This document shows positions 53,642-63,998 of a stretch of 64,000 bases of DNA, one piece after another. The notes below the pieces were generated by a model, which saw nothing but the letters and a program-made list of their open reading frames with translations, searched no databases and was not told the DNA's origin. The DNA is taken from positions 1 to 64,000 of the IMG/VR virus record IMGVR_UViG_3300046373_000039; one strand, 5' to 3'. The DNA is from a virus. The stretch's first letter is position 1; every line of letters starts with the position of its first letter. The position numbers and the translations under genes were made by a program.

Positions 53642-54934
53642 TTATACACTAAGGTAGAACTGAATGTCCACAGATCTAATCGCACCAGCAAGACGTGCTC
53701 TAATGACAAATACACCAGCAGCACGTTGAGCACGTAGTGTTGGGCTGATTGACAGCACAGGAGGAGTTTGCACAGTCCAGCCAGAATCAATCATGCCATT
53801 GTTTTCAGCCAGAGATAGCACAGAACGAATTTCGTTCTCTACAATCAAAAGGCCTGGATCAGTCATAGGAATTTTAAGGCTGTTAATGATACGGAAATAA
53901 ATACCTTCCTGAAGTCTGGCTTTTAGCCAATCTTTAGAAATCTGAATATCAATAGGTTTTCCGTCAAACATGTTACCGTCTTGGAATACATCAACACCAC
54001 CTTTACGGCGGAAAAAGTTCCATGATTTAGCACGCAAGTTAACAATCTGGCTAGGGCTCAAGATACTTCGAGTAACACCGGCAGCACGCTTAAAGTCCCA
54101 ATCGTTTGAGCCAGGAGTTACAGCCAATTGACTACCGGACCATGCCGCTTCTGGAAACTCGGTTGCAGCAGTTGCAGACCAAGCACCGAAAGTCCGACCA
54201 GCGGACTTAGCATTAAGTTTGTAACCAATGTCTGTAACACCGGCAGTCGGCGCTACTACATCAGCAGAGGAAAGACCATAGATCTTATCCATGGCTTGAA
54301 TAGTATCAGACAAAGCCTCTTGTTCAGCTACAACCTGTGTTTCAGCGAGAAGCTCATACCATACGTCATTTTCAGCATCAACTGCCAACAGCGCATCCGG
54401 CCAAGTTTCAGTTGGGGTAGCATTGGTTAGTGTCACATTAGACGAACTTGTCAGACTCCAAGCACTACCAGGCGTAGTTGGAGCTACTGTGAAAGTCCCA
54501 TCCAAGTTATCGGTAAAACTAATACCTGTAGGAGAACCAACAGCAGTATCGAGACCTGCAACAATTTCAATAGCAGTTGCAGAAGCATCAGAAGTAAAGG
54601 TGTAGGTAGTCCCATTAATGCTAATGGAATATACTGTTGAGTTAGCAACAGTTACTGTACCAGTAACGCTATTTACTTGACGACGACCAATAACTAAAGA
54701 AGGAATTGGAGCACCGATTACAGAGTCTTGACCGAACGCTTTACTAGCCATTTTATAGACATTGCTAGTAGTGGGAAAATCAGCGCCTACTTCATTGATA
54801 GTCAAGTACGTACGAGCACGTTCAGCAAAATTAGTGAAGGTGGCAAGAATGAGGGGAATTGCAAAAGAAGCCGTAGCGATTGCAGTAGTCTGATCGGTAA
54901 TAACTACCCTAACTACATCATCTAAATCACTCAT
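53642..54934 (-). CDS. Tail sheath protein (DUF3383-like)
   Basis: PEAAW...PGS.DW.FK..AGV; DWLKARLQE; KIPMTDPG. Confidence 0.9.
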   Translation of the reverse strand: MSDLDDVVRVVITDQTTAIATASFAIPLILATFTNFAERARTYLTINEVGADFPTTSNVYKMASKAFGQDSVIGAPIPSLVIGRRQVNSVTGTVTVANSTVYSISINGTTYTFTSDASATAIEIVAGLDTAVGSPTGISFTDNLDGTFTVAPTTPGSAWSLTSSSNVTLTNATPTETWPDALLAVDAENDVWYELLAETQVVAEQEALSDTIQAMDKIYGLSSADVVAPTAGVTDIGYKLNAKSAGRTFGAWSATAATEFPEAAWSGSQLAVTPGSNDWDFKRAAGVTRSILSPSQIVNLRAKSWNFFRRKGGVDVFQDGNMFDGKPIDIQISKDWLKARLQEGIYFRIINSLKIPMTDPGLLIVENEIRSVLSLAENNGMIDSGWTVQTPPVLSISPTLRAQRAAGVFVIRARLAGAIRSVDIQFYLSV

Positions 54935-54967
54935 ATTTTATTATGATCCTTAATTATGTAGCGATTG

Positions 54968-55507
54968 CTACGGGTAAATAATACTTTCTGGAATTTTTAT
55001 AATTACTGGAATCTCTGAAGTTTCGTCAGCAATGACTACACCATCAACAGAGTCAATAAGTTGGTTTGTAACAACAATATAGCTAAAAGTCACGTCCATG
55101 TTATGGTATTCAACCCACTTTGTATCTGGTTTTTGAGGTGCCCTACGAATCTGACTCTTCCTCATAAAACCTAATCTGTTTCTGTTCAATTCCAACCGTG
55201 TAAGGGGATTGTTATTGACATTGTTGTTAAAGCTTTGTGACATCTCACCACTCAAGTTACCGATAAAACTAAACTGACACATTATTTCATATGCAACTTG
55301 AAATGTTAGTGTTTCATCAGTATTAACTAAAGTTGATGTGCTATGATGTCCTTGTTGCTCATCATTCAAAACATTGATCACAACATAACTAACAGAGGGT
55401 TCTGGTCCATTCTCATGACTGAAAATAACCATCGGATTAGTAAACTCTGACAAAGCTGCAATAGCACTTGTGCGGATGGCTTGTTTCAAGTCTGTAAATA
55501 TAGCCAT
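54968..55507 (-). CDS. Tail terminator / neck protein
   Basis: Position and size; NGPEP motif. Confidence 0.65.
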   Translation of the reverse strand: MAIFTDLKQAIRTSAIAALSEFTNPMVIFSHENGPEPSVSYVVINVLNDEQQGHHSTSTLVNTDETLTFQVAYEIMCQFSFIGNLSGEMSQSFNNNVNNNPLTRLELNRNRLGFMRKSQIRRAPQKPDTKWVEYHNMDVTFSYIVVTNQLIDSVDGVVIADETSEIPVIIKIPESIIYP

Positions 55508-55989
55508 CAATTACTTCCTTTATTATCTACTTTAAACTCAATAGAGTTGTACAGCGTATCAGAATCTCTCAGAGGATCATTAAATCCTTTTTCAGCAACA
55601 GTAAACGGAGAGTTAGGCGGTGTATCCCAGTCAGCAACAGCTTTCTTAAGATCAGCCTTGGCCTGTACACCAATCCTTGTATACTCTTGTTTAAAGGTAG
55701 ACTTTCCTTCGGCAATTCTCTGCATACTATCTACAAAGAGTTTGTCATAAGACCCTTTCTTTATAGGTGCCATAAACCCAACACGAATAGCTGGGCGGGT
55801 GGGGATATTCTTAGCTGGTAATCCTTCTTCTTGCCACTGCCACACTTGTGCTACAGCTAAGTTATCATTATCAGAACCATAATTTACAGGCTCTACAATT
55901 CCAACCTGAACCTCTTGACCAGAAGCTTTGAGAAGATCCTTTTTCATCTTATCCCATACAGAAGTATCTACTTTTAATGTAAACGCCAT
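55507..55989 (-). CDS. Tail completion / neck protein
   Basis: IPTRP; PPNSPFTVAEKGFNDPLRDS. Confidence 0.75.
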   Translation of the reverse strand: MAFTLKVDTSVWDKMKKDLLKASGQEVQVGIVEPVNYGSDNDNLAVAQVWQWQEEGLPAKNIPTRPAIRVGFMAPIKKGSYDKLFVDSMQRIAEGKSTFKQEYTRIGVQAKADLKKAVADWDTPPNSPFTVAEKGFNDPLRDSDTLYNSIEFKVDNKGSN

Positions 55990-55998
55990 AGATACTCC

Positions 55999-56367
55999 TT
56001 AGTTTGGTGTCAATTCCACGCGGGCACATTTGGCCTCATAGTGATCCCGGACGCCCATTGAAAACTTTTGAGTTTTCATAACTTCGTACCAATCACCATC
56101 CCAAAGAAACCTATCTGCACCATACCCTTCAGTACCTTCCTTCTTAGATCTAACTAAATCAGCTGTAAACAACCACATCCAACTTTTAGTTCTATCAGCT
56201 TCTGGTAGAAGGTACACTTGGTAATCCGAAAAAGGGTGAACGTTAGCTTGTATTGTTACAGCTACTTCATCTCCCTCTACCCAACGACCTTTTACATATG
56301 ATCCTTCAGAATGACGTACAATGCTTACATGTGTTTTTCTAACTAAAGAAAAATCTGCTATTGTCAT
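55999..56367 (-). CDS. Head closure protein
   Basis: GSYVKGRW...LPEADR; synteny. Confidence 0.7.
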   Translation of the reverse strand: MTIADFSLVRKTHVSIVRHSEGSYVKGRWVEGDEVAVTIQANVHPFSDYQVYLLPEADRTKSWMWLFTADLVRSKKEGTEGYGADRFLWDGDWYEVMKTQKFSMGVRDHYEAKCARVELTPN

Positions 56368-56840
56368 AACCACTGACCTCTTTCATAGAAAGAGTTTATG
56401 TAGAAATCATATCCTTCATTATTCCACAGATAATGATTATAAGGGCATCCTGCAATTCTTGGTAAACAAAGTCTTACGTTGTCTCTGTTTATATTATTCT
56501 TCCACATATCTGATCTAGAAATACCACCAGCATATGGCATACCTACATAGAGAGAACTTTCACCTTTATCAATCAGATCATCTAAAGCTGCTGAGTAAAG
56601 TTTAGCAAAATCACTCCAAACTTCGTAGTGACCCGCCTTCTCTCTTGTAGGGGATTTAGCAATTTGAAACTTAATGACTTTAGCAGCTGCGATAGCTGCT
56701 AGCATCTCATCACCTTCATACTTATCTAGGTAATATTGATAAGTACTGTCGTCCAAGATTTCAAAGTCAGAAAATACATCGCCAACTAGTAACCTTACAC
56801 GATCTATTAGATTTGTTGTTGGATCCCCCGTGAAAGGCAT
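56364..56840 (-). CDS. Head-tail adaptor protein
   Basis: DRVRLLVGD...LDD; PYAGGIS. Confidence 0.75.
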   Translation of the reverse strand: MPFTGDPTTNLIDRVRLLVGDVFSDFEILDDSTYQYYLDKYEGDEMLAAIAAAKVIKFQIAKSPTREKAGHYEVWSDFAKLYSAALDDLIDKGESSLYVGMPYAGGISRSDMWKNNINRDNVRLCLPRIAGCPYNHYLWNNEGYDFYINSFYERGQWL

Positions 56841-56851
56841 AGTTGGTTTCC

Positions 56852-57037
56852 TTAAACTTTAAGTGCAGCGATTAGTTCATTAACTTTTGCAACAGTCGTT
56901 GGCAAGTCTGCGCCACCAGCAAGTGGAGCTACGTTGGCAGGTTTAGTTGCCTGACCTGTACCAATGTCCACAAGCAGTTTACGCAAAGCAAACCAAAAAC
57001 CACCACGCTGATAGTCGGGTTTTAATTCCAGAGCCAT
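56852..57037 (-). CDS. Small head-fiber-like protein
   Basis: ADLPTTVAKVNELIAALK motif. Confidence 0.55.
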   Translation of the reverse strand: MALELKPDYQRGGFWFALRKLLVDIGTGQATKPANVAPLAGGADLPTTVAKVNELIAALKV

Positions 57038-57054
57038 TTTTTATTCCTTCTTTA

Positions 57055-57082
57055 ATAAAGTACAGAGGGGATTTCTCCCCTC
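57055..57082 (-). terminator. Terminator after major capsid gene
   Basis: GAGGGGA-GAAA-TCCCCTC then TGTACTTTATT. Confidence 0.65.
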
Positions 57083-57100
57083 ATAAAGTTAACCTAACTC

Positions 57101-58204
57101 TTATGGAGTATAAGGTTGAACTGGTACAGTACCTGTTGGCAGGTAAGCAACTACGATTTCTTGTGGACGAGATACGAAGTTCAAGAGGTTACTTTCAGTC
57201 TCGATTTCGATAATTTCGTCTTTAGGGTCACGGAATTCCCAAGCATAAGAAGCCTGTGCAACAGTGTTTACAGTGCTAAACTTATTAGGGGTAGCGTAGT
57301 AAGTTGTGAACAGGTCTTGTACACCCAGTGGCAGGAAGTAAGCTTGGCCTTCTGGGATGAAGGTAGTACCGGCTTGTGGACGAACTTCGTAGAAGGTTAC
57401 ACCTTGGTATTCGAAGCTACGATACAGAACACCTTGGTCACCAGGAACCAGACCACCAACTTGACGGTTCAACAGCAGGTTGGAAGTACCACCAGCAAGT
57501 TGAGCTTTCAGAATATCAGTGATATAAGGATTGTTGATCAGTGCTTGGAAATAAGTAGGTGAGCACAGAGCAATGAAACGGTTAACAACTTCGCCAGATT
57601 GCAGATTGTCTTGCAGAGCAGCGACAACGTTGTTAATCATAGCATCAGGAGTGGTGGATGCAACAAGATCAGTTACGATCTGAGTACGAGAAACACCGAA
57701 CTGCTGATAGAAGTTCTGGGTCACTGTGCCACGAGGTGCATACACACCACCAGTGGTGATCAGGTTGAAACGGGACACTTCACGAACCCATGCGTGAGCC
57801 TTACGGGCTTTAGCAAGTTTACGTTGGCGTACTGCTTCGATAGTTTCCAGATCATTGCCTTGGTACACTTGAGCCCATGCAGCAATACCTTCAACATCTT
57901 GTGGAGTGATTGCATAAGAAGCTGGGAAGTGTGGAACATCAATACGAAGGTATTGTTTGTTATCTGGGGTCAGAGTTTGTGACTTTTCACCCCAGTTGTA
58001 GTCTTGTAGAGCACCACTAAGTACTTCAGTGTATACTGGAACCAGAGCATGTTTCTGGGTCAGGAATACATCTTCGAACAGGCCAAGTTGGTCCATAAGA
58101 AAGAAGCGGTTAGGGATTACGTTAATTGGTTGTGTGATTTCGATACGAAGGTTGGCGTTAGCCGGATCGAAAGCAAGAGCTTTGCTCAGGAATTGCTCAG
58201 ACAT
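57101..58204 (-). CDS. Major capsid protein (capsid E family)
   Basis: PHFP...ITPQDV; EIETESN...RP; highly expressed codon bias; after decoration gene. Confidence 0.9.
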   Translation of the reverse strand: MSEQFLSKALAFDPANANLRIEITQPINVIPNRFFLMDQLGLFEDVFLTQKHALVPVYTEVLSGALQDYNWGEKSQTLTPDNKQYLRIDVPHFPASYAITPQDVEGIAAWAQVYQGNDLETIEAVRQRKLAKARKAHAWVREVSRFNLITTGGVYAPRGTVTQNFYQQFGVSRTQIVTDLVASTTPDAMINNVVAALQDNLQSGEVVNRFIALCSPTYFQALINNPYITDILKAQLAGGTSNLLLNRQVGGLVPGDQGVLYRSFEYQGVTFYEVRPQAGTTFIPEGQAYFLPLGVQDLFTTYYATPNKFSTVNTVAQASYAWEFRDPKDEIIEIETESNLLNFVSRPQEIVVAYLPTGTVPVQPYTP

Positions 58205-58226
58205 TATATTTTTCCTTAGATAATTA

Positions 58227-58628
58227 TTAAACAGCTACCAAAACATCAATACCTTGAGCATTGAGTTGAGTAGTTACGATAGCCATCTGAGCAGTACTAA
58301 TACCGTTCACAGATTTGAGTAGGAAATCGCTCACTTGAGCGGGACCACGCCACATAACCAAGCCCAATGCGTTAGCAGTAAGGGTAAAGGTAGGACGCAC
58401 GTCATAGTGGTCGCCAAGTACGATAGCCAATACAGAACCGGCTGGAACAGCCGCGCCTGCAACATATTTAGCGAAGGTAGCACTCAGGGCAGTACCAACA
58501 ACCAAAGTACCCAGAGGATAGGTGCCAGCAGGAAGAGTTACTTCTTCACGGCAGTAGCCATCAGCAGGGGAGAATTCACGTACAACCAGATCACCAAGGG
58601 TGCGGATGTTAAAATCAGTAAGAGGCAT
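58227..58628 (-). CDS. Head decoration protein
   Basis: GYCREEV...LGTLV...RGP...LNAQGI. Confidence 0.75.
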   Translation of the reverse strand: MPLTDFNIRTLGDLVVREFSPADGYCREEVTLPAGTYPLGTLVVGTALSATFAKYVAGAAVPAGSVLAIVLGDHYDVRPTFTLTANALGLVMWRGPAQVSDFLLKSVNGISTAQMAIVTTQLNAQGIDVLVAV

Positions 58629-59608
58629 TATTTACCTTCCTTATTATTGAACTTTTCTTGATAGGATTTAGTCAGAGCGGCTACGCCGTCTTCTTCGACT
58701 TGAGTATTAGTCTCGCCTGAAACGCCTTTTTCTTTGAACATATCAGATTCTTCAACAGCTTTTTTGTCTTTAGCCATTGCTTTAACGATAGTTTCAAAAG
58801 CTTCAGCGCCTAGTGCCTCGGTTGATTTGTAGAGAACTTCTACCTGATCTTCGGCAATACCTGCTTCTTTTAGGACGGCTTTACGGCCTTTTTCTACAGA
58901 TTCTTTTTCTTTGGCTTCAAAGCCTTTAACAACTTCCAGAAGACCATCAAGTTCAGCTTGTTTGGCTACTAGTTTTTCTTCTTGTTCTTTAACAGCTTTA
59001 GCAACAGCTTCTTCAACTGCTTTGCTAATCTGTTCTTCGTGAACTGCTTTAGTTACGAACTCAGACATTTGTTTACCTTTATTTTTGGTCTTTTCCACAG
59101 AGGGAGAGGTTGTATCGGGTGATACAGTTACGCCCTCTTTCGAGGACAATGCTTGTTCGAACTTCTTCTGTGTTTCAAGAAGTAGGAGCAATTCTTCAGG
59201 TTTAAGGTTAGCGATAGCTTTATGTACCTCGGCTTCACTCTTATCCATAACCAAGGACTTCATTAGAGTTACGGCTTCAACGCGCTCATCAAGCCACTCT
59301 TGATACCAATCTTTATACTCTTCAGGATCTTCTTCAGACTCAACATCCATACCCATAATACGGGCAAGAACAATTGCATCGTCATACCACATACAAAAGA
59401 AAGTGGTTAGGAAGTCAACAATGTTCATTTCAACTTGAACCATTGTAGCTTTTTCTACTTGATCTTCTGTAATACTTTTGGTGGCTTTGGTCAGCAAAGT
59501 AGTTACGCCGTTAGCTGGACCGCCTTGATGTTTACCAACCAAGGCTACGTGACTACCTGTCCCTTCAAAATTAAAGTTAGATAGCCGCTTACGTGCTTGT
59601 TCTGTCAT
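58628..59608 (-). CDS. Capsid scaffolding protein with protease-associated N-terminus
   Basis: SHVALV...GPANG N-terminus; K/E/A-rich coiled-coil C-terminus. Confidence 0.75.
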   Translation of the reverse strand: MTEQARKRLSNFNFEGTGSHVALVGKHQGGPANGVTTLLTKATKSITEDQVEKATMVQVEMNIVDFLTTFFCMWYDDAIVLARIMGMDVESEEDPEEYKDWYQEWLDERVEAVTLMKSLVMDKSEAEVHKAIANLKPEELLLLLETQKKFEQALSSKEGVTVSPDTTSPSVEKTKNKGKQMSEFVTKAVHEEQISKAVEEAVAKAVKEQEEKLVAKQAELDGLLEVVKGFEAKEKESVEKGRKAVLKEAGIAEDQVEVLYKSTEALGAEAFETIVKAMAKDKKAVEESDMFKEKGVSGETNTQVEEDGVAALTKSYQEKFNNKEGK

Positions 59609-60066
59609 TATAGTTCTTCCACAGAAGCGCGGCAGCCAATACTAACTCCGCAAATATCGCCTGATTTAACTTGTTTCCAAAGCTTGTCTGATTCATCGTT
59701 TCCTTCTGGAAAGTGAAACCATTGGAGCCAAGTACCTTTCTTAATCATTCGTCCATCATCCAACATAAAGTCAGAGGGTGAAATAAATGATTGTTCAATC
59801 TTAGCTGTTTCAATCTGAACTTGATGGAAGAGATTAGCCTTATTACAATGCGTGTTGAAATTAATACAAGCCTTTTCAACTTCTTCAGCAGAATAGATGT
59901 CTCCGTGAAGATCAACTGTTTCAGGTTCAAGTACTACAAACAAAGCTCGACGTTCTTCAACATCAATGGATTTAGTTACTTCCATTTCAATATCTTTATC
60001 AGCCTTAGATCCACCAAAGAATTTCTCTAGGATTTCATAAAGCTTTTCGGATTTCGATTCACTCAT
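59608..60066 (-). CDS. XkdF-like prohead serine protease
   Basis: VLEPETVDLHGD...EEVEKA...H...KGTW...VKSGDICGVSIG. Confidence 0.85.
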   Translation of the reverse strand: MSESKSEKLYEILEKFFGGSKADKDIEMEVTKSIDVEERRALFVVLEPETVDLHGDIYSAEEVEKACINFNTHCNKANLFHQVQIETAKIEQSFISPSDFMLDDGRMIKKGTWLQWFHFPEGNDESDKLWKQVKSGDICGVSIGCRASVEEL

Positions 60067-61643
60067 TGAAACTCCTTAGCATCTTCTTTCATAAATTTAA
60101 ATTGTTTACCATTAACTTCAACTACAACGAAATCTTCATCTAGAGATTTGTGTAGTGATTTATTCTCAGTATTTGCTGTTGAGCTATCACCAGAAGATCC
60201 TGAAGCACTGCCAGTTCCACTATTAAGACCTTCTGCCATTCCTGCGCCACTATTAGATGTGCTTTCTGGTAGATAGTCTTTTAAAGGCTCTTCATCAATA
60301 GCATGAGGCTTAGCACCAACAGATTGGCGGGTGATGTTCAGAACTTCACGGTCCAGCTCAATAGCACCCGTAGCAGCATACCGCTGGATAGCTTTAGACA
60401 GAATATCAAGATCAGTTTCCTGAACCTCTTCATATTCCCAATAAGGAAGGTCGCCCTCCAAACTCCAGCCATTCTGTTTGAATAGCAGGTCTCTTAGTTC
60501 CTTGAGGGTCTCTTGCATTCCCATAAGCTTGTCTTCAACAGCCATAATAACCAAGCCACGCTTAGTATCTGACAGGCTGAAGGAGCCTACTGAGCTTTGT
60601 CCCATTTGAAGGATGTCTGCCCAAAGGGATTGAAGAATAATACTGTTATAGCGTCCAATAATGCTGTTGGTGTCAAAGCGATTTGATCCGCTAGAAGTAA
60701 CAAGGTCAAACTCAAAAATCAAATTGCCTTTATCATCGCGGTCACTTGGAACAACAACCGACGCTTGTTCGTTAGCTTGAATGTTTCTGCCAATTTGCAT
60801 GTAAGCAGCAGCAGCAGCTTTCTTATCGTCACTAGCACCTTCCGAAAGATACTCAGAAGGAATCTTAAAACGAGGGATACCATTCAAATCACGAGATAGA
60901 CTTACTGCTTCATGTTCTTCTATCTTAGTCCGATACTTCCATGCGTAATAACACTTAAGAAGTGGGCTTGTCCCGAAGGGATTACCACGGCTTGAGTCGC
61001 AGGTGAAGTTTAAAAGCTTACCTTTACGAATGAAAACCTCGTCCATACTTGAAGCTTTGCCACCATTAAAACCACCATAGAAATCTAAGATTCCTTTAGG
61101 GTCTTGATAAAACCCTAAGAACTCTCTTCCATCTTCTGAGAATTTAGCACGAGAAATTGTATCTTGTGATCTAATAGGAAGCTTACGAATACCAACCAAA
61201 CCATCATCGTACTTACTCCCGTTAGATTTTAATCTCTTACGTAGTACAATTTCATGAGGAGCAAAGCCATATGTATAGAAGCTGACAGCCTCTTTCATAA
61301 ATGCGTACCAAGAATGTTCCATATCTTCTTGGATTTGCTTAAGGTATAAAGCTTTCTTTTTAATATCTTCAGAGGAGTCTTGTGGAATATGGACCCCCCA
61401 CTTAACTCGACTCATCATCATTTGAAACAAATCTAACCCAGATGCGATTGTGGCATCACGACTCATTGTTTTAAATGTTCTTGCAGCTTGAGGGTACTGT
61501 AGTTCTCTACGAGACTCTTCAAGTACTTGACCATTAATTTGCTTAAGGCCAATTGCACCTGTCTCACTGTAAGGGATACGAGGAACACTTTCAGATCCTT
61601 GAGTGAGGTCTAGGCTTTCAGCAGCTTTCTTAACTCGTGCCAT
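60063..61643 (-). CDS. Portal protein (DUF935-like)
   Basis: YGFAPHE, NPFGTSPL, RDLNGIP, GSFSLS; follows terminase. Confidence 0.88.
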   Translation of the reverse strand: MARVKKAAESLDLTQGSESVPRIPYSETGAIGLKQINGQVLEESRRELQYPQAARTFKTMSRDATIASGLDLFQMMMSRVKWGVHIPQDSSEDIKKKALYLKQIQEDMEHSWYAFMKEAVSFYTYGFAPHEIVLRKRLKSNGSKYDDGLVGIRKLPIRSQDTISRAKFSEDGREFLGFYQDPKGILDFYGGFNGGKASSMDEVFIRKGKLLNFTCDSSRGNPFGTSPLLKCYYAWKYRTKIEEHEAVSLSRDLNGIPRFKIPSEYLSEGASDDKKAAAAAYMQIGRNIQANEQASVVVPSDRDDKGNLIFEFDLVTSSGSNRFDTNSIIGRYNSIILQSLWADILQMGQSSVGSFSLSDTKRGLVIMAVEDKLMGMQETLKELRDLLFKQNGWSLEGDLPYWEYEEVQETDLDILSKAIQRYAATGAIELDREVLNITRQSVGAKPHAIDEEPLKDYLPESTSNSGAGMAEGLNSGTGSASGSSGDSSTANTENKSLHKSLDEDFVVVEVNGKQFKFMKEDAKEFQ

Positions 61644-61686
61644 AGGCATCACCAATAGGCATCCGTTTATGCCTCCTTATATTTGT

Positions 61687-63108
61687 TTAAAGTCTGAATT
61701 CGTTTGACTTAGTATTGATCGGGACAGCAAAAGAGGGAATATCACGGCGTTCTGCTAATGTGATGAAAGCATCACTTGTAGCATCTACCTGATCGTCCTT
61801 GTTAGCCCTATCACCATTAAAAGCTTCCATTTCAGAAAAGTAAGTATCGTTCCAAGAACCAAATGCGTAGCGTACTAGACCAGCCTCGGCAGCTGAGGCC
61901 ACCGGCATAAATCTTGTTATCTTAGACTTATTAGAAGATTTAAGTTTTGCACTAAAACCTTCTTCAATAAGAGCTTTTACCATCATCAACCCGGCTGACT
62001 TCCCGGCTTGCCCTGGTTCTTGTGGCAGCACTATTTGAGTCTCTTCTGGATCAGACTTTGCGGTCTCAATAATCTTTTGGATCACTTCACCATAACGACC
62101 ACGAAACCTTATAACATCTTCTATGATGTACAAACCGCTTCTGGTCTTAGCCATCAAAACTCCAGCAGTCCAATCAGGGTTTGGTAAAACCTCGCTCGGA
62201 AGCGATCCGGCCAGATCCCACGCCCTTACCCTTTTAACAATATCCATGTCATATGGGTTGATGGGCTCACCTAGCCAATCTAGTTTAAAGTATCCAGAAG
62301 CCTCTTCTCTAATATCCCAATTACCGTAAAGATCGCGCTCTTGTTTTACGCGTTTAAGACCTTGTAGGTTTGCTAAATATCCTGGGTTGGATTTAATAAG
62401 CGGCGGATTGTCATAGATTGTTGCGGATATGAACTGCAAGGATAATGGGAGAACATGACTACCATAAGTATCAAGAAGTTCTTGTTTAGTATCAGCCCAT
62501 ATCATTTCGTTATTTTGGCGAATAAACCAACGAATCTTACCATCTTTCTTAGGGTCAGCTCGACCAGCATTCTCTTCACCCTTGGGGATTAACCACCAAT
62601 CGATCCAACGGCGAATGAAGCTGTCTGGGGATGGGTTGCAAGTTAGGAAGAGGTTAGGTATCATCTTAGCTTTAGACCTAAGACGAGAAAGAATAACCAG
62701 AACATGGTCTTCTAGAAGTTGGGTAGCCTCATCTACCATACAAGCTGAGACTTGCCTACCACGCCATTTTTCAGCGTCTTCATTGGTTTCACAATGACCC
62801 ATAGCCACTACTGCGCCGGATGGGAATGTGAACGTCATGGCTTTTTTATTTGGTTTGACATTTTCATCAAAAGCTTTATATAAACCGTAAGCTTCGTCAA
62901 AAATACCACCAGTAGCCATAACACTTGTTTGCTGTTTACGAACAACATAGCCCCGGTAATGGGGGTCATCTATCCATCGTAAGTGCCTAAGCAATCCACA
63001 ATAGGTCTTGCCCCCTCCCATAGCTCCACCATATACAATGATGTTTGCATCACTTGAGAGAAACCAACTTTGCTTTAAACTTGCAGGCTCAAAATTATAA
63101 TCTGACAT
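61687..63108 (-). CDS. terL: Terminase large subunit
   Basis: YGGAMGGGKT Walker A, VDEATQ Walker B, TCNP, RAWDLA, DDQVDA. Confidence 0.95.
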   Translation of the reverse strand: MSDYNFEPASLKQSWFLSSDANIIVYGGAMGGGKTYCGLLRHLRWIDDPHYRGYVVRKQQTSVMATGGIFDEAYGLYKAFDENVKPNKKAMTFTFPSGAVVAMGHCETNEDAEKWRGRQVSACMVDEATQLLEDHVLVILSRLRSKAKMIPNLFLTCNPSPDSFIRRWIDWWLIPKGEENAGRADPKKDGKIRWFIRQNNEMIWADTKQELLDTYGSHVLPLSLQFISATIYDNPPLIKSNPGYLANLQGLKRVKQERDLYGNWDIREEASGYFKLDWLGEPINPYDMDIVKRVRAWDLAGSLPSEVLPNPDWTAGVLMAKTRSGLYIIEDVIRFRGRYGEVIQKIIETAKSDPEETQIVLPQEPGQAGKSAGLMMVKALIEEGFSAKLKSSNKSKITRFMPVASAAEAGLVRYAFGSWNDTYFSEMEAFNGDRANKDDQVDATSDAFITLAERRDIPSFAVPINTKSNEFRL

Positions 63109-63132
63109 TTAAACTCCATTGCGTCAGAAGTT

Positions 63133-63489
63133 TTATTCTGTCTCCTGAACTTTCTTAAACGTTTCCAAATACTCTCGAATCATCTGTTGACAATCCCGAC
63201 CTGTCACACCACGTTCTTTAACTATTGGTCGCAGTTCTTGAATAGTCAATGTTTCAAGATATTCTTTACCATACTGAATCTCAATAGGCCAAACACGCAT
63301 GCCGTTAGCCATATCGTCTTCAAGGAATTCTTCAGTTTCTACAAGCATCATCACTTTATTTGGGAAAGTATTTTTATTAGGATAATTAGCATCCAACTTT
63401 CCGCCCATATTAGCAAATCGTACAACTTGATTTAGAAACAGCATACCACCACGGTCAGTTGCCTTAAGCTCGATATTATACTTATTCAT
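63133..63489 (-). CDS. Hypothetical protein with C-terminal HeH/SAP-like helix pair
   Basis: LETLTIQELRPIVKERGVTG; GGAG RBS. Confidence 0.6.
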   Translation of the reverse strand: MNKYNIELKATDRGGMLFLNQVVRFANMGGKLDANYPNKNTFPNKVMMLVETEEFLEDDMANGMRVWPIEIQYGKEYLETLTIQELRPIVKERGVTGRDCQQMIREYLETFKKVQETE

Positions 63490-63523
63490 ATATCTCTCCG
63501 TTTGTCTTCAATTCATAAAAGAG

Positions 63524-63553
63524 ATATTACACGATAGGTATGCTGTTTGTCAA
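63524..63553 (-). promoter_or_regulatory. sigma70-like promoter upstream of the packaging module
   Basis: TTGACA-N18-TAATAT. Confidence 0.5.
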
Positions 63554-63629
63554 GTGCTTGTCTGATTTATTTTAACTATTTTCAAATTAACTTATTGAAA
63601 CCATCTGTATTTCAAGATGGTTTTGTAAA

Positions 63630-63998
63630 CTAACTTCTAGATGTAACCTGAACGGTAATAGAAGCACCAACAAGATTAACTGTTGCGCCAAGTAATACTT
63701 CTATACTTAGAAGAGTTACAAGATTACGCTGAGCAGCCTGTACAACACACCCTGTAGTAGATACTGATACAACCCTGACAGATTGATTAAAAGTACCACC
63801 AATTATTTGAGGCTGTACATCAGGTGGTGTTGCGTAAGTATTCGCAAAGGTGATTGTAACATTACCACTTGCATCACTTGTACCCAGGAATGTTTCAACT
63901 TTACGATAACCCGCCAAGACGGCACTTGTGAGATAGCCACTGTCGTTTGTAAAAGCGCTTACATTAGTTGGTACTGTAGGAATCGTAGGGAATGTTGC
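63630..63998 (-). CDS. 3' part of a fiber-like virion protein, truncated by the window edge
   Basis: Frame is open to the edge; IPTVPTNVSAFTNDSGYLT fiber repeat motif. Confidence 0.7.
   Translation of the reverse strand, partial: ATFPTIPTVPTNVSAFTNDSGYLTSAVLAGYRKVETFLGTSDASGNVTITFANTYATPPDVQPQIIGGTFNQSVRVVSVSTTGCVVQAAQRNLVTLLSIEVLLGATVNLVGASITVQVTSRS

Noticed and set aside
53581-53790. N-terminal extension of the GIY-YIG ORF as given in the track
   Set aside because: It overlaps the sheath gene end; the RBS and GIY-YIG motif place the start at 53580.
37789-63435. Plus-strand and alternate-frame ORFs inside the structural genes
   Set aside because: Shadow ORFs caused by the codon bias of the real genes.
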